Part shown: positions 12,675 to 26,352 of the stretch, piece by piece
Layout of the letters: each line of letters begins with the position of its first letter
Numbering within the stretch: position 1 is the stretch's first letter
Assembly (NCBI GenBank): GCA_010093815.1
Contig: ML996569.1
DNA: 64,000 bases
Source of the DNA: Pseudovirgaria hyperparasitica
Taxonomy: Eukaryota
Strand: one strand, 5' to 3'
The notes under the pieces: generated by a model
The model's database searches: none
The model's input: only the letters and a program-made list of their open reading frames with translations
Told to the model about the DNA's origin: nothing
Translations under genes and position numbers: made by a program

Positions 12675-14576
12675 TCAAAGCTTTGCTTTGGCGTCCTCAG
12701 CCACGGCGCTCGCGTCTAGATTGAGCGTCACTGTGCCCTGATTTTCGCCCTCACTGAAGAAGATAACTTCGACTGTGAGGTCATCTCTGTAATCCAAGTC
12801 AGCACTTATATCGTGACTAACGTTAACATCGGGGTGCCCATACCTATAGCGCCGCGAGTACGGACTCGGCAGCGTCAATAATGCACATAACTGATCCTCA
12901 TCCTTCCCACCCAATGCATTCCGCACCAGATGAGTCGCCGCGTTCCGATCCTCGACTACAAATCTATCATCACCATCCTTGCTTCCCCACTGCCTCTGTC
13001 TAATAGGAGCACGTTGGCCACCTTTTGCGCTCGCACTGTTCGCGTGCTCCACTGGAAGCCCGGTTTCCCGTTGCGATGAGAACCAGCTCTTGAGCCACGA
13101 GTTATTCTGAACATTGCCGTTTCCATTTCCGTTACCGTTACCCATGAGTCCGCTCTTGGCATCAGCTTGTGTTTCAAGCCATTGTCCAACTAGTCCGACG
13201 ACTTCTTCGTTGGAAAGCATCTCCCAGAGGCCGTCGGTGGCCATGACGACGAAGTCACCCTTCGACGGATCAATCTCAGTGGTTGTGACAACAGGTTCAG
13301 CAGTCACATATGGGGGCGTCTTGAGAAGGCTGGAGTGACCGCGGGTGAAGAAGGCTTTGCGGAGTTGTTCTTGAGTCTTCTGCGACCATTTGTAAATTGC
13401 ATCACCAAAGGCGCGGGTGGGCTCGAGACCGCCGAGAACGCGACCCCTAGATATCACATCTGGTTCGCCAGGGTGCTCACGGCGCAACCGATTGGCCTCT
13501 TCAACGTTACCGCCGGTCTGGTCGGTCGACAAGGGCGTGGCTGTCCATTTGCCGTTGGTGGTTCGTCGTCCAAGGACTGCGCGGGAATCACCCGTGCATG
13601 CGACACGAAGCTGCTTTGATCGAGCATCGTAGAAGGAAAGGAGAGCGCAAGATCCGGACTTAGCAGGCGCAAGAAGTGCTTCGGCAGCGCCTTTAGACTT
13701 GGCCTTGTTGGCTTTTTCGACTGATTCAATTACAATCTCGTGGTCAAGAAGTAAAAATCCTCTTTTGATCGCGGTATCGATAGCTTCGGCGGATGGAAAT
13801 TTAAGGGATGGATCGGTTCCGGCGGTTTTGTATGTGGTGCTCAGTTCACGCGCAACGAAGGAGATAAGCAGTTGGCGAAGTTTTGCGGAGGTGACCCATC
13901 CGCTATGCCCGTCGAAAACACCCCAGAACATCCAGTCAGTGTTTGATTTGCCGTCCATACTTGCAGCAACATTCTGAGGTACTTCGATGATCTTCTCCGC
14001 ATGGTCGTCCTCTATAGGATCATTGCTCGGTATCTGAACCACATCATATCGTACAACGCCCTGTCCACGTCCGACAAGCCATGATTCTTCATTCCTCCTC
14101 AACTTTTGAGTGACCTGTTCAGGCGTCATCATTTCCAACACTTTACGCCCGTGATCGTCTGTTTCTTTCGTCAACGGCTCATCACCAGGAATGACACCAG
14201 TATAGATTTGATCTGCTCCAACGACGAGAGCTCTTCTCTCCGTGACTCGAGCGGCTTCCGATAATGCTGTGTTGGATCCGACGTTGGCATATGTAGAATA
14301 GGCATTGGACGTGGAGACGGTAGTTCTCGAAGGGTGCTGAGCACCAGTAGCTGGGCTTCCTCGGTAGGCGAAGAAGGCTCCAGATGCAACAGCGACGGAG
14401 ACAAGCGCCAGGGAAAAGGTGCGAAGTTGCATCGATGACTGCAGAGCGGTGACGGCAGCTCGCTCGCGACGCGATGAAAGAGATCTCAAGCTGCCTACAG
14501 CATGGCTTGTAGTACGAGTCGACTTGCGGCCTGGGCGACGGGCTGAGCGGAAAACTTGAAGAGCAGCCCGACGCAT
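12675..14576 (-). CDS. PTC5: PP2C-family pyruvate dehydrogenase phosphatase; in-frame 57-nt intron 12787-12843
   Basis: SNDPIEDDH, FWGVFDGHSG, ACTGDSRAVLG, MATDGLWE, RRYR|DDLTV motifs. Arg-rich presequence plus a hydrophobic segment; C-terminal AKL. Confidence 0.92.
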   Translation of the reverse strand: MRRAALQVFRSARRPGRKSTRTTSHAVGSLRSLSSRRERAAVTALQSSMQLRTFSLALVSVAVASGAFFAYRGSPATGAQHPSRTTVSTSNAYSTYANVGSNTALSEAARVTERRALVVGADQIYTGVIPGDEPLTKETDDHGRKVLEMMTPEQVTQKLRRNEESWLVGRGQGVVRYDVVQIPSNDPIEDDHAEKIIEVPQNVAASMDGKSNTDWMFWGVFDGHSGWVTSAKLRQLLISFVARELSTTYKTAGTDPSLKFPSAEAIDTAIKRGFLLLDHEIVIESVEKANKAKSKGAAEALLAPAKSGSCALLSFYDARSKQLRVACTGDSRAVLGRRTTNGKWTATPLSTDQTGGNVEEANRLRREHPGEPDVISRGRVLGGLEPTRAFGDAIYKWSQKTQEQLRKAFFTRGHSSLLKTPPYVTAEPVVTTTEIDPSKGDFVVMATDGLWEMLSNEEVVGLVGQWLETQADAKSGLMGNGNGNGNGNVQNNSWLKSWFSSQRETGLPVEHANSASAKGGQRAPIRQRQWGSKDGDDRFVVEDRNAATHLVRNALGGKDEDQLCALLTLPSPYSRRYRYGHPDVNVSHDISADLDYRDDLTVEVIFFSEGENQGTVTLNLDASAVAEDAKAKL

Positions 14577-14884
14577 TTGAGATATGGCTTAGACTGCTCG
14601 CATGGGAACGAGGCCGGAGACGCTGGAGTTGAGGTTCTGTTTGTCCAGCGCGGTTCTGTAAATGTAGATGAAGGTCTGGGAGATCGGAGGCTATGGATGG
14701 ATGACCACTAGCTCGGTTTTCCACGGTTCGGTTCACTTCGGCCCTACTTAGTTAGCTTACCTAGTACCTAGTAGTTTTATGCAAATGGGTGCGTCACGTC
14801 ACTTGAAAGCCCACCTTGGCAGTGGTCTGAATGTTCTACACCTGACTTCTCTCACTCGTGTCGAATGGGTGAACCCGGAGAACA

Positions 14885-17026
14885 ATGTCGTCTCGTGCAC
14901 TACGGAAGGCCCAGCGTGAGCTGGAAGAGAAGAAACAGCTAGAACAACCAAAAGCAGACGCTAATTCTGAAGATGAATCTGAAGATGGAACTGATGCTCC
15001 AGCTTTAACATCGCAGGGCCCAAGTATGTTCGCATTGTTAGGTGATGCAGATGACCAGAATGATGAAGAGCCTGATGAACAGGCCAGAGATGCTACCACG
15101 CCTGACTACAGCGACGAACAGCAGACCCCTCAGCCAGTGAAAGCTAAGAAGAAAAAGAAGAAAAAGGGAAAACGTCAAAAGACAACCGAGGACGTAGACA
15201 CCAACAGAGCAGGAGAAGCTCTGTCAGAGAAAGTGCTTGATGAGATTGATCTTGCTCTTCGTGCGCTGTCAGTTAAAGACTCCAAAGCACGAGGTAACGG
15301 CCTGCTTGATCTACAGCCAACGATATCTCCTGAACAGCACGAGTTATGTAAGCTACTGGCCGTTGAAACCCAACATCTTCATGCCGCAAACGAGATGAGG
15401 AAACTTTTTGGCAGAGCAGCGTTGGAAGCCAATGAGGATGAAGATGGACACGGGCAGCGAAGACGAAGAATGCAGCGAGGAAATGAACGCGCTGGTGCAG
15501 TAGCTGGTCGCAATGCAGGTGGCCGCAACCTCGCAGCGATCGGACTTCGCAAGAATATATTTGTCCAAGGGAAGGAGGAATGGCCCAGAGCAACGCTGGG
15601 TGGGCTGGGCATGGAAATAATCGAGAAACGAAAGGACGGGACGGTGCTGTACAAGTTCGTTCATAATAGCGCCTACCAAGATGTACAACGTCAATTCAAC
15701 GAGTGTGTAGCATCAATGGACCCAAATAGGATGGTGCAGCTACTGCAATACAATCGTGAGCACTCACTTATCAACTTCTCTTAGAACTCGCTGATCATCT
15801 TTCTAGCTTCGCACATCTCAACTCTCCTACAAGTTTCAGAGATTGCCAAACATGAGAGGGACCGAGCAACATCTGGAGATCTACTGGAACGTGCATTATT
15901 CTCATTTGGTAAAGCAGTACACTCTACCTTTCCCATGAATCTAGCGCAAGGAAAAGCTCGTTTGGACTTCAAAAGACCCGAGAATAGAGAATTTTGGTTG
16001 GCTGGATGGAGATACATCGCCATACTGGGCCAGAAGGCCACTTGGAGAACGGCTTTCGAATGGGCTCTGCTCTTGCTGAGTCTCGATCCCTTAGGGGACC
16101 CGTACTGTGTGTCTCTAGTAATCGATCAGCTAGCCATCCGAAGTCGACAGCCGCAGAGATTGATTGACTTATGGGATTCGGAGTATTTGAGCTCCAAATG
16201 GCACAGATTGGCGAACATTTCAATGAGCGTTGGTCTTGCGTACGTCCAGGTCAAGGAGCCCGCTCTTGGGCGAACAGTCCTCAAGAAGGCCATTGAGCAG
16301 TATCCTTGGGTCGCCATGCGCCTGTTTCAGGAACTCGACCTTCAACCGATTCCTGGCAGTATCTGGGGAAAGCAAGTTCGCTCAGAGGTCGAGAATATAT
16401 TCACAGAGCTCTACGTGAAAAAATCAAAGGACATCTGGAATACTCCAGAGGCCACGACGATCCTGATGGAGGTTGCTTCATCTGCACAACCAAATCCCTC
16501 GCCAGACATGTCCATATACACCGGTTTTGACGAATTAGACTATACTCGCCATATAATGCTTACAGACGACCAAAGCTTGATAGGTCTGCTGGACAGAAGA
16601 TTGACCTCTAGTCTGACATCTGTGTCTGATCCCCTACCTCCCCGAGACAACATTTCGTCTTACAGTGCGGCACGACAAGGTCGCGCATCCGGGAGCAGAG
16701 CCTCAGCTCTAGAGATAGTCAGAGAACTATCAGCTCTAGAGACTTTCTTCCGCAACCTCCTCCCGTTCTTCCCTCAGGCAGGCCAGGAGAGAGCGCAAGG
16801 TGCCTCTGCCTTTATCGACCCAGACACAGGCGAAGTACCTACACCACAGGATCTGGAGCAGAGGATAATGGCGTCCGGAATAGAACTTGATGTGATTCTG
16901 GCGCGTTCCACGCGTATGCAAGAGTTGCAGCGCGAGTTGGATATAGTCCTGAGAGAGACAGACTCGGAGGAGAACATTGAAGCTCTAAGACTATGGAACG
17001 AGCACAACACGGCAGGCGAAACATGA
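14885..17026 (+). CDS. RQC1: Ribosome quality-control protein Rqc1/TCF25 (Nulp1 family); intron 15756-15806
   Basis: MSSRALRK start, poly-Lys tract, HISTLLQVSE, GDLLERALF, LDFKRPENREFWLA, WRTAFEWA.LLLSLDP..DP motifs. Confidence 0.88.
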
Positions 17027-17642
17027 CGTTAATCCTTCTTCCTCCAGCTCGGATAGACCGCAAATGGCAACGAAGAATAGAAGCCTGCTTTGGGGTTATT
17101 AAGGGGTATAAGTTAAAAAGTGATGTTTCGTGAGTCGGAATAATGAATCCATTCTGCGTGCGTTGGTAGGTAATGGTCCCGCCAACCAAGCCCAGGCCAA
17201 GCAACCAAGGTGAGACCCTCGTCCAGCTGCAACCATCCATGGATCTCCCCTCCCCTCCAGCACTGGGCCCAAGTGTTTTGTCTACGTCAGCGTCCGGAAA
17301 CGCCTTATAACCTTGTAACCTGCAGATTGTGACTTGGCCCTTATGCTTCGACCTGGACATCTTCACCACGCAGACAAAGGCAAGGTCTGGTCTGAGCTTT
17401 CCGTGACGTGTGGCGATCTGAGCTGATTGCATTGTGCCCGGAGCTAATAAAGATCGCCCTCCGGTTCCGCTTTGTTCGATGATACATTCTATTGCTTTGC
17501 GCTGAAAACATTCTTGCAACGGAATTTCTTCTACCTGTAAGCCTATCTAACCTGAGCACGAGGTTCCTAATCCGAGCCTGCTATTGACGCGAATGTAGAT
17601 ATCGACCGTTGCTCTCAAGATCATCGACTCTCGAACTTCGCC

Positions 17643-20147
17643 ATGCGAGCCCATCTCGCATCACGATTGCGAAGCTCTTCTCTCAGTGCTGTCCCTCCTC
17701 CACAATCCTCGTCTGAATACTCGAATTCCCTAGCCAAAACCGCTGCTAGTATTCTTTATCGCTCGCCGATCCCGTCGCAGACAGAACATCCCATATACAT
17801 ACTGAACGCTGCGGCTTTTCCCGATGCCGATGAGGTTGATTTCGATAAACTCCTACCATATGTTCTCGCACGACTTCCCGGAGAGGAAGAACTGATAACA
17901 GGCACGGACTATGAAGTCATATTCTTTGCTGGTGGCAATCCTGACGGTGCAACGTCCAGTAAAAAGAACAGACCTGGATGGGGATGGTTCATTCAAGCCT
18001 ACCATGTGCTCTCAAGGGCAATGCGTAAGAGACTCCAAAAGCTTTATATTGTCCACGAGAGAAGTTGGGTCCGTATACTTGTAGAAATGTTCTCGACCAT
18101 AGTCAGCCCCAAGTTCCGGCGGAAGATAGTGCATGGTGAGCTGTTATTTTTCGGGAAGCTCTGTTTGTCCGCTAATCTGACGACCCAGTGTCTTCCCTTA
18201 CATCGTTGGGTTTATATGTTCCCTTGGAGGATCTTTTGATACCACCATCGGCATACTTGCACGATCGACGACTTAGTCCTGACATCAACGTGCCATATGC
18301 TAGCGGCAGACGAGCTTTTGCGGTGAAACAGCCATTTCCAAAAAATGCTGCTGGAGGTACCAGACTACCTCGGGTTCTGAGGGAGACCACTACGTTCCTA
18401 TTAATGGAACCAAACGTCAAGACTGAGGGTATATTTCGCGTTCCCCCACATGCGCGCCTAAGAGAGATCTTACGAGAGGCGTACGACAGAGGCCAAAAGT
18501 TCATTGTCTGGAAAGACTACCAGTCATTCTTGCCACTGCCAAAGTATCCCAAAGCTCAAGACCAAGATTATGTGCTTGATGAAGTCGACCAGAAAGATGC
18601 ATACAATGTTCTGCTCGCGGCAGGGCTCATAAAACTCTGGTATTCCGAGCTCCGTCAGCCACTATTTCCGGACTTCACATACCGCGAGCTCAAAACTTCT
18701 TTCAAGGACCCGGAGCTGCAAATCACCGTGGAAGTACTGACCGAGCTCATATCTCCAACTTCGGAATGGTCTAAACTACCGATGATGTCACGCGAGATTC
18801 TCGTACGGCATCTCCTCCCCCTCCTATCGATCATAGCTTCACGCGCAGAAGAGAACAAGATGACGGCCGAGAACCTTGCTGTCTGTTTTGCGCCTGCTTT
18901 GGTGTGTGGGCCAGATCAACTAGAAGATGCGAAGATTTCATCGATGATACGACGCATACTGACAGCTGCTATTGAGCTCTGGTCTAAAGGGCTTGCGAAA
19001 ATGTGTGGCGTGGACCTTGAGGCCTTCCCGAAGGAGCTGCTTCTTCCATCTAACCCGACGGACTGGGAGGACCCCTTGGAAGCGCCCAGGCGACCTTTGC
19101 AACAAGCAGACGATTACGAGCCGCAAACTGATGAGAAGCATTTCACAGGCATCATTATGCAAGATAATGATGATACCGATGAAGTACCCCCGCCGCTACC
19201 CCCACGGGGTGGATCTAATGGTGAGTCTGGTACCAAGAGGAAACCAGCTCCTCCCCTGACTATCCTGCCCCGTTATTCAACGATTGTGCAGGACGGACCG
19301 CTTGATATCGCCGAATCTCCTGCCACTTATGCTGCAACAACTGACGGCTTCGCGCCGCATTCTTACTTAGCAACACTGTCTGGCCCACTAGAAGGGCAAG
19401 TGAAGGTACAGTCGCTACTGCCAAGTAATGGGGGGGCGGAATCTAACACAAAAGCAGTTCAACGATAGTAAACAGCTGACGAATGTGAACGCTGTCAATC
19501 GAAGCATGCCTGACGGCAAGTGGGCACTGCCAGGCTTAGCACGACCATACCCAACGACTCCTATACAAAGAAAACCACTTGAAACGTCGTCTGGACTGGC
19601 TACACCCGACGAGCAACCCTCAAGTCAACCTCCTCCAGTATATGAAAAGGAGGATCCATCCCCGACGACAGACACGACACTATCCGTAGAGAAATCACGA
19701 CATACAGTAAGCAGCTCTTGTGCACGTGATCCAGTATCTCAGAGAGTTGAGTTCCGCAAACCGTCTTGGCCCGCCAGCGCGAGGAAACCAACGCCTGACT
19801 ACTCCTTAAATGGTACGTCAGGATCGCGAACGCCAACCGCGATGAATTCTTTGGCGAGGCCCGTCTATCCTACATCAATAGGCGTTCAGCAGCCTCGATC
19901 ACAGTCCAATACACCGCCCCCAGTCATGCCAAAGCCTAGGACCGCTTCAGAAAATCTGTTGTCAAGAATGTCATCTTTCGAGCGATGCAGCGAAAGTGAA
20001 CATTCAACGCTTGCGCCTCAATCACCTGGTCGGTTAAATATGCGAAAAGCATCGGTGGAGGATCTGCGGAGGTTGTATGAAGAGCGTGTTGGGGCAGCAG
20101 AGACGCTTGTTGCAGCAGGTAGTGTCAAGAGAAAACAAGTACCATAG
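17643..20147 (+). CDS. ECM25: Divergent CRAL/TRIO plus RhoGAP protein (Ecm25-like); introns 18136-18188 and 19406-19457
   Basis: KRLQKLYIVHERSWVR...SPKFRRKIVH (CRAL-TRIO_2); EGIFRVPP, LIKLWYSELRQPL, ENKMTAENLAVCFAPAL (RhoGAP); Pro/Ser-rich tail. Confidence 0.8.
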
Positions 20148-20669
20148 CCATGCATGGTAGGTCTTTAGTCGAGATTGTCGAAAGCATGTTGTGCATTTAT
20201 ACGGCGTTCTTGAAAGCACCTACATGTTGCGAAGGATACGTAGCGTTTTTCAGGGCTTCTGTTTCAAGGAGCGGATTGGGAGGCTATATTGTTTCCCATG
20301 AGCGTAATATCAGGATGCCTTTTGAGTCCGCACACAAATTCTGCGTGATGAGACTACCCGCCGTGGACTGTCGAAATGTAAGCGTGTCTGCGAACGCCGA
20401 TGATCGGCATCGGCATCCGAACCAGGCGAGGTCGGGGAGCGGAACGGACCCTAAGAAAATAATTCATCGTATGAGCTATGACTATTATACTCTGATCCTC
20501 ATACCGTCAATTAGATCAGCCATCCACTCTTCTCCAAAAGTTGATATAATTGACTCTTGTACACCACATAGCATTGATTTTTGAACACTACATAGCATTG
20601 ATTCGAGAGACGATTTGCCTTGCCCCCCACCTCGTACGATCATAGGAATTTCAAGTAGATTACCCCACC

Positions 20670-22008
20670 ATGTCGACTTTTGGTCAGTACTTCAAAGTCA
20701 CCACGTCAGTATTCAAAACTTATCAAAATCATGGATGCTGATATCTGACCAGCTATGGAGAGTCACATTGTCGGTCTGTCGGCTGCATTGTCGACGGCTG
20801 CCCGCCGGGCATGGAGCTCACCGAGAGTGATATTCAGCCTCAGATGACGCGACGACGGCCAGGACAGAGCGCCATCACGACGCCCAGAGACGAGAAGGAC
20901 AAGGTTGAGATACAATCTGGCACAGAGTTTGGAATCACGCTGGGCACGCCAATCGGGATGCGCGTGATGAATGAGAATCAAAGGCCAAAAGATTATGGCA
21001 ACAAGACAATGGATCTCTACCCAAGACCAAGCCATGCAGACTGGACATACTTGGAGAAATACGGCGTAAAGGCAAGCAGCGGTGGTGGTAGAAGTAGTGC
21101 ACGCGAAACCATTGGTTCGTGCCGATCCACTGTGCAGCTGGAGTAGAGCTAATATATATGACACAGGAAGAGTCGCAGCTGGCGCAATTGCTGAAAAGTA
21201 CCTGCGGATTGCGCACGGTGTCGAGATTGTGGCCTTTGTGTCTTCGATCGGTGAGGAGTTCCTGTTTCCTCCTTCGAATGAATTCTCACTCCCAAACTCG
21301 CCCCGAAACCCGGAGTTTTTGAAGTTGTTGGATAGCATCACGAGGGAGAAGGTTGACTCGTTTCTGCCTGTCCGTTGTCCCGACGCCGACGCATCGAGTC
21401 GCATGGAACAGCTCATCACAGATTTCAAGGAAAGAGAAGACAGCATTGGCGGTACGGTGACTTGCGTGATCCGCAATGCACCTTCAGGTCTCGGAGAGCC
21501 GTGTTTCGACAAGCTCGAGGCACTGCTAGCGCATGCGATGCTGAGCATACCGGCGACCAAGGGGTTTGAGATAGGGTCTGGATTCGGAGGCTGTCAGATG
21601 CCTGGATCGATGCACAACGATCCGTTCATCAAGGCAGCTGCAGTCAAACCATCGGGCCAGTACTCGCAGACGGCACGCCCCCGCCTGACCACCAAGACGA
21701 ACAACTCAGGCGGCATACAAGGGGGCATCTCCAACGGGGCGCCGATCTTCTTCACGGTCGCGTTCAAGCCACCGGCGACGATTGGCCAGGCGCAGCAGAC
21801 GATGACATATGCAGAGGAGGAGGGCGTGCTTGAGGCGAAAGGGCGCCATGACCCCTGCGTCGTCCCACGGGCGATCCCGATTGTCGAGGCGATGGCAGCT
21901 CTTGTCATGGCCGACACGGCGCTTGCCCAGCATGCTCGATCATCGGCGCGAAGCTTGTTGCCTGCCTTGAAGGAGACGATTCCAGTGGAGGAGACGAGAT
22001 CTGTGTAG
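20670..22008 (+). CDS. ARO2: Chorismate synthase; introns 20705-20752 and ~21114-21166
   Basis: [62 protein letters not shown] signatures. Confidence 0.97.
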
Positions 22009-22620
22009 CAAGATGGGGTAGTGTAGTGTAGTGTGGAAAGCTAATTATTTAAACCTGGCTGTAGAAGTGGACGGAATGGTTCACGACGAGGGTTGCCAAG
22101 GCTAATTTAGTAGCTGGATCGCCCGGCAACTAATTAATTACCTTCCCTTGGCCAGCTGTCAGAATGCGGGGACAAGTGAAGCAGATCGGTCTATTACTGG
22201 GGGGGGTGGTATGTTCCTAGGTAATAATAACAAAGCATATAGTACTGTAATGCCGATAAGAGATGATGACCACCAGCAGCACGGAGATGATGCAAAAGGA
22301 TCTCCTTTGCATGCATGCATGCATATCATATCTACCCTTTTTCCCAAGGCTGGCTGGTCGTACCTATGTAACTCAAGCATGGGACAGCGATTTTGGGACA
22401 TGCGGCTGCAGATCACGGGAGCTGCAGGCGTGAGATGCCAAATGCGCGGAATCCGATGATGCTGTTACCGCTCTTTTCTTTTTTTCGATCGACACAGAGT
22501 CACAGACTGCCTGCAGGACTGGCGGCGGGTGGAGTATAAGTGATTACATGGTTAGTAGGGTGGGGAAGCATCATGTCATCCCATGTCATGGACCGGGCTC
22601 CGTGAAAAAGAGAGGCGTGC

Positions 22621-22656
22621 ATGGCGATGGCGATGGCGATGGCGATGGCGATGGCG
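22621..22656. repeat. (ATGGCG)6 hexanucleotide repeat
   Basis: Read directly, in the intergenic region upstream of the NirA-like TF. Confidence 0.9.
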
Positions 22657-23428
22657 TTGTCGTCGCCAGTTGTCTGGGCGTCTCCAATTGAATAGGCCGT
22701 AGGTAATTAGGGCATAGGCAGCCCATTCACAGCCCAGAGGTAGCCCGTTTGTCGCCTGTCGCCAGCCCGTTTGTGGGTGCATGGCCGCCTAGAAATCGGG
22801 TGGCTTGGGGCACTGGAAATCACTGTCACGGGTCCTTGCAGAACTGGCTGCCCTTCTGCCCGGTGCCGCGCAAGCTGACTACATCCAAGCTTGCTACTGT
22901 ACCTACTAATAATATAATACTGATATGATAATTACTAGTAATTACCTACAGTAAGTATTACCGTGACACCCAGTCAGGTTGCACCTCCACCCACTGTGCA
23001 TGCTGCTTCGACCTATCCCGACTTCTCCACCATCTTTGCCAATCACCGACATTCCTTGCTGCTCTCCTCTGGTCCTCTGGTCCTCCATTTGCTTCTACTC
23101 TTCACTACAAGATGCAAACTCAATACCAATAGCCTGGCTGCCCAATCTTCTACTTGTTGACTTTGTTCTGCATGCCTAGCTATCGACGACTCGCAACTTG
23201 CTCCTGGTCCGACTCCCTCCCATCCACGCGGAATCACATCATGATTGATTTCTAATATCATTTCCTATCTTCACTCCTCGGAGCAAGCTTCTTTCTGCCA
23301 CTGTGCGCTGTACGACAGGGCATGCCGCATGTCCTCGCCACCTTACAACTTGCGACTCTCCTTGCTCCCACGTTCCCACTGTTACTCTGTACCTTGCTAC
23401 CAGCCCTGTACCGTCACCCTTCAAGACC

Positions 23429-26352
23429 ATGGCCCGCGCATTGGTTCCCAAGGAGTTTGCTGAGTCGGCCGCGTCGTCTTCGTCATCTACTGTCGAGACC
23501 AAGACCTCAAAGCGCAGATGCGTATCGAGTGCCTGCGTGCCGTGTAGGAGACGCAAATCAAAGGCATGTATCTTCTCTTCCTATGCTGATGTCTAGCCCT
23601 CTCCGCCCCCCGAACAAGCTGAACAAGCTCTACCTAGACACGTCCATGCTAACGAAATCTTCAATGCAGTGCGACGGAGGTACGCCCGTTTGTGCCACTT
23701 GTACTGCCGTGTACAAAACCGAATGCCACTATGACGGTGACGCAGAGGCTCGTCGCCCTACTGCTGCCCCACTCAAGCGCAATGCCTCCTTCATGTCCAA
23801 AGAGACTTCCTCTACCACGACGGCCGAGCTACTCTTGGAGAAGCTCCGGAGCTTGCCAGAACACGAGACACAAGCATTGGTGCACCAAATACGCGAGGGT
23901 GATGATATGGATGCGTTGGCCGCATCGCTACGAAACAATGTTTCAATTCGATCGTCGCGATCAAGAGATTCTGAGCCTCAGGAAGGCGACCTCTCCTCGT
24001 ACATGGCGGCCACCACGTTCCTAAACGGGGGTGTTTCGAGGGTGTTCGGCTCGACAAGTGGCATGGGTCAAGTCAAGGAACCGGATAGCGAGACCGGCTA
24101 TCGATCCAACGTAGTGGCTTCCTACGACACCTGGACAAACGTCACAAAAGATGGTGACTTTGTGCGCCACCTACTACAGACATACTTCGAAATCTGGAAT
24201 CCATATTACAACTTTATCCCTCAGAAGCCCTTCTGGGATAGCTTTAATGTAGGAAGCACAAAGTATTGTAGTCCTCTGCTGGTCAACGCCGTGTGTGCAC
24301 TGGCCTGTCATGCATCCGACTTACCTGGCGCACGCACCGTACCCAGCGATCACAGAACTTCTGGCGACCACTTCTTCGTAGAAGCGAGGCGAATACTGTT
24401 TGACGATGAGACCCCTTGCATCACTAGTGTTCAGGCGCTCTCCATAATGGCTCTTCGAGAGCCGGCCGCTGGTCGAGACAGTAGTGGCTACATGTACGCC
24501 GGTCGATGCCTGCGCATGAGCCTAGAACTTGGGCTGCATCTACGTTACGCTGGCCCAGACAAGCTTGATCCCGTCGAAGAAGAAGTCCGAAACGTAACCT
24601 TCTGGGCTTGTTTCTGTTTTGAGACGTATGTGTGGCCCCTCAGAAGGCTGGTTATGTCGCACAAGCTAAACCTCTCTCAGGGCCTGGACATTGTGTGTTG
24701 GACGGACATCCCAGCTTCCTCGAGCTGCTATCACGTCCCTAAAACCGGTGCCCAAGGAGCCCCTTCATTCCGACCCACGGGGTTCTCTTCCCTCACCTAC
24801 GCCTTCGATTACGGGGAAAGATGCTACGACCGACAGCACCGAAAGTCGTCATATTTTATACCATCTTTCAACCTTGTCTGAGCTTGCAAACGATAATGTC
24901 TTCACATTTTACGCGCCCCAAGAGCGCTTTACATCTAGGAAACTCCTTGATTGTTTCTACAAGTATGAATCTTGGTACAGAGGGCTACCCAAAGCCTTCA
25001 GAGTGGACCAAAAAGCTCAGTCTCCTCCGTCACGTGCTGTGTTGGAACTTTCGTGAGTTTAACATGGATCTCGCATCAATAGTCTGCTAACGACAAGCAG
25101 CGCATGGTACCAGGCGTGTCTCATCATGCTGTTCCGTCCACTGATCAAGGTCTCGCTCACAAATTCCGACGTCGTTCCGCGAGACGTCTGTCTTAATGCC
25201 GCGAATGAAATTACACGATTGATGAGGATCTATCGCAACTCATATGGCTTTCGTCGTGTGAATACTATACTATCTCACATCAACCTGTCATGCTCAATGA
25301 TACACCTCATCAACATCCAATACGAAGACTCGAAACTGTGTCTTATTCAAGACATGAAAAACCTTGAGGATATGTCAGAGAGCGCGTATTTCGCGGCGCG
25401 AGCTTTCCGTACTATCTGTGCTTTGGCTGAACAATGGAAAGCAAAAATTCCGCCAGAAGTCTTGCAGAACAGCAAGCTTGTTCCATCTGATGGCGCTATA
25501 TTCTCTCCCGTTCCCAATGGCCCTTTCATCGAATCTTCTCATACCAGTAAATCTACCGCGGGAGGACAATCAACTCCTGATTCCCAGGCCGGAACGGAAC
25601 CCAGACTCCATCCCCATTCGATACCAGTGCAGCATCCCCCAATGCCCCAGCAGCCACAAGCAGCAACACACCCTCCTGTGAATCAGCCAATAGCATCGAT
25701 GAGTGATCTCCCTAATATGACGGCACAGATGCATTTCCAGCCGCACTTTCCGTTTCCAGCTCCGGCCGATGGAAAACCTGTGCTGGCCTCACATCCATCA
25801 GTGACATCGGTAACGCCTTCACATCGCCAGCAACAGCCACACATGCATGACTCGACACAAGCAAACCACCCACCGGTCCATCCTTCATCGTACAAGCCGT
25901 CAGACGCATCTGCCGCCCAACAGCTCTTCTGGTCGCCGTTCGGCGGCAACACGACCCCTCTTCTTGGTAACAATATCAATGTATCGCCCATGGACCTGAG
26001 CAATATGCTAGGCAACGTCGATACGTGGGAGCAACTAGGTCGCGACGGATTCAGTCTGACGGAGTGGAACAGTCAGCCCCAGCAACAGCCTCAGCAGACG
26101 CCACGGAAGGATGAACTGGCGTATGGTGTGCAGGGTGTGCCTCTGGAGGCACCATCCAACGCGGGAGGTTGGGCACAGCACGGACATCCGCATATGCATG
26201 TGCAGGCTCAAATTCAACAACAACAACAGCAGCAGCAGCAGCAGCAACCGTATGAGCATCAACAACCGCAACAGCATCAACAGAGGCATAGTGCAAATCC
26301 AAGGAACGACGATGCATGGGAATATACGCAGTGGAACCACCATATAGGATGA
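23429..26352 (+). CDS. NirA/Nit-4-like Zn2Cys6 transcription factor with Fungal_trans domain and poly-Gln tail; introns 23564-23669 (GC-AG), ~24625-24680, ~25053-25100
   Basis: Spliced cluster ACVPCRRRKSK|CDGGTPVCATCTAVYKTECHY; WT.VT.D...V.HLL..YF, YCSPLLVNA, VQAL.IMALRE...G, ELGLH, TFW.CF motifs of NirA-like factors. Confidence 0.87.

Noticed and set aside
16839..17519. 226-aa minus ORF overlapping the RQC1 3' end
   Set aside because: Non-ATG start, no motif, partly antisense to a real gene.
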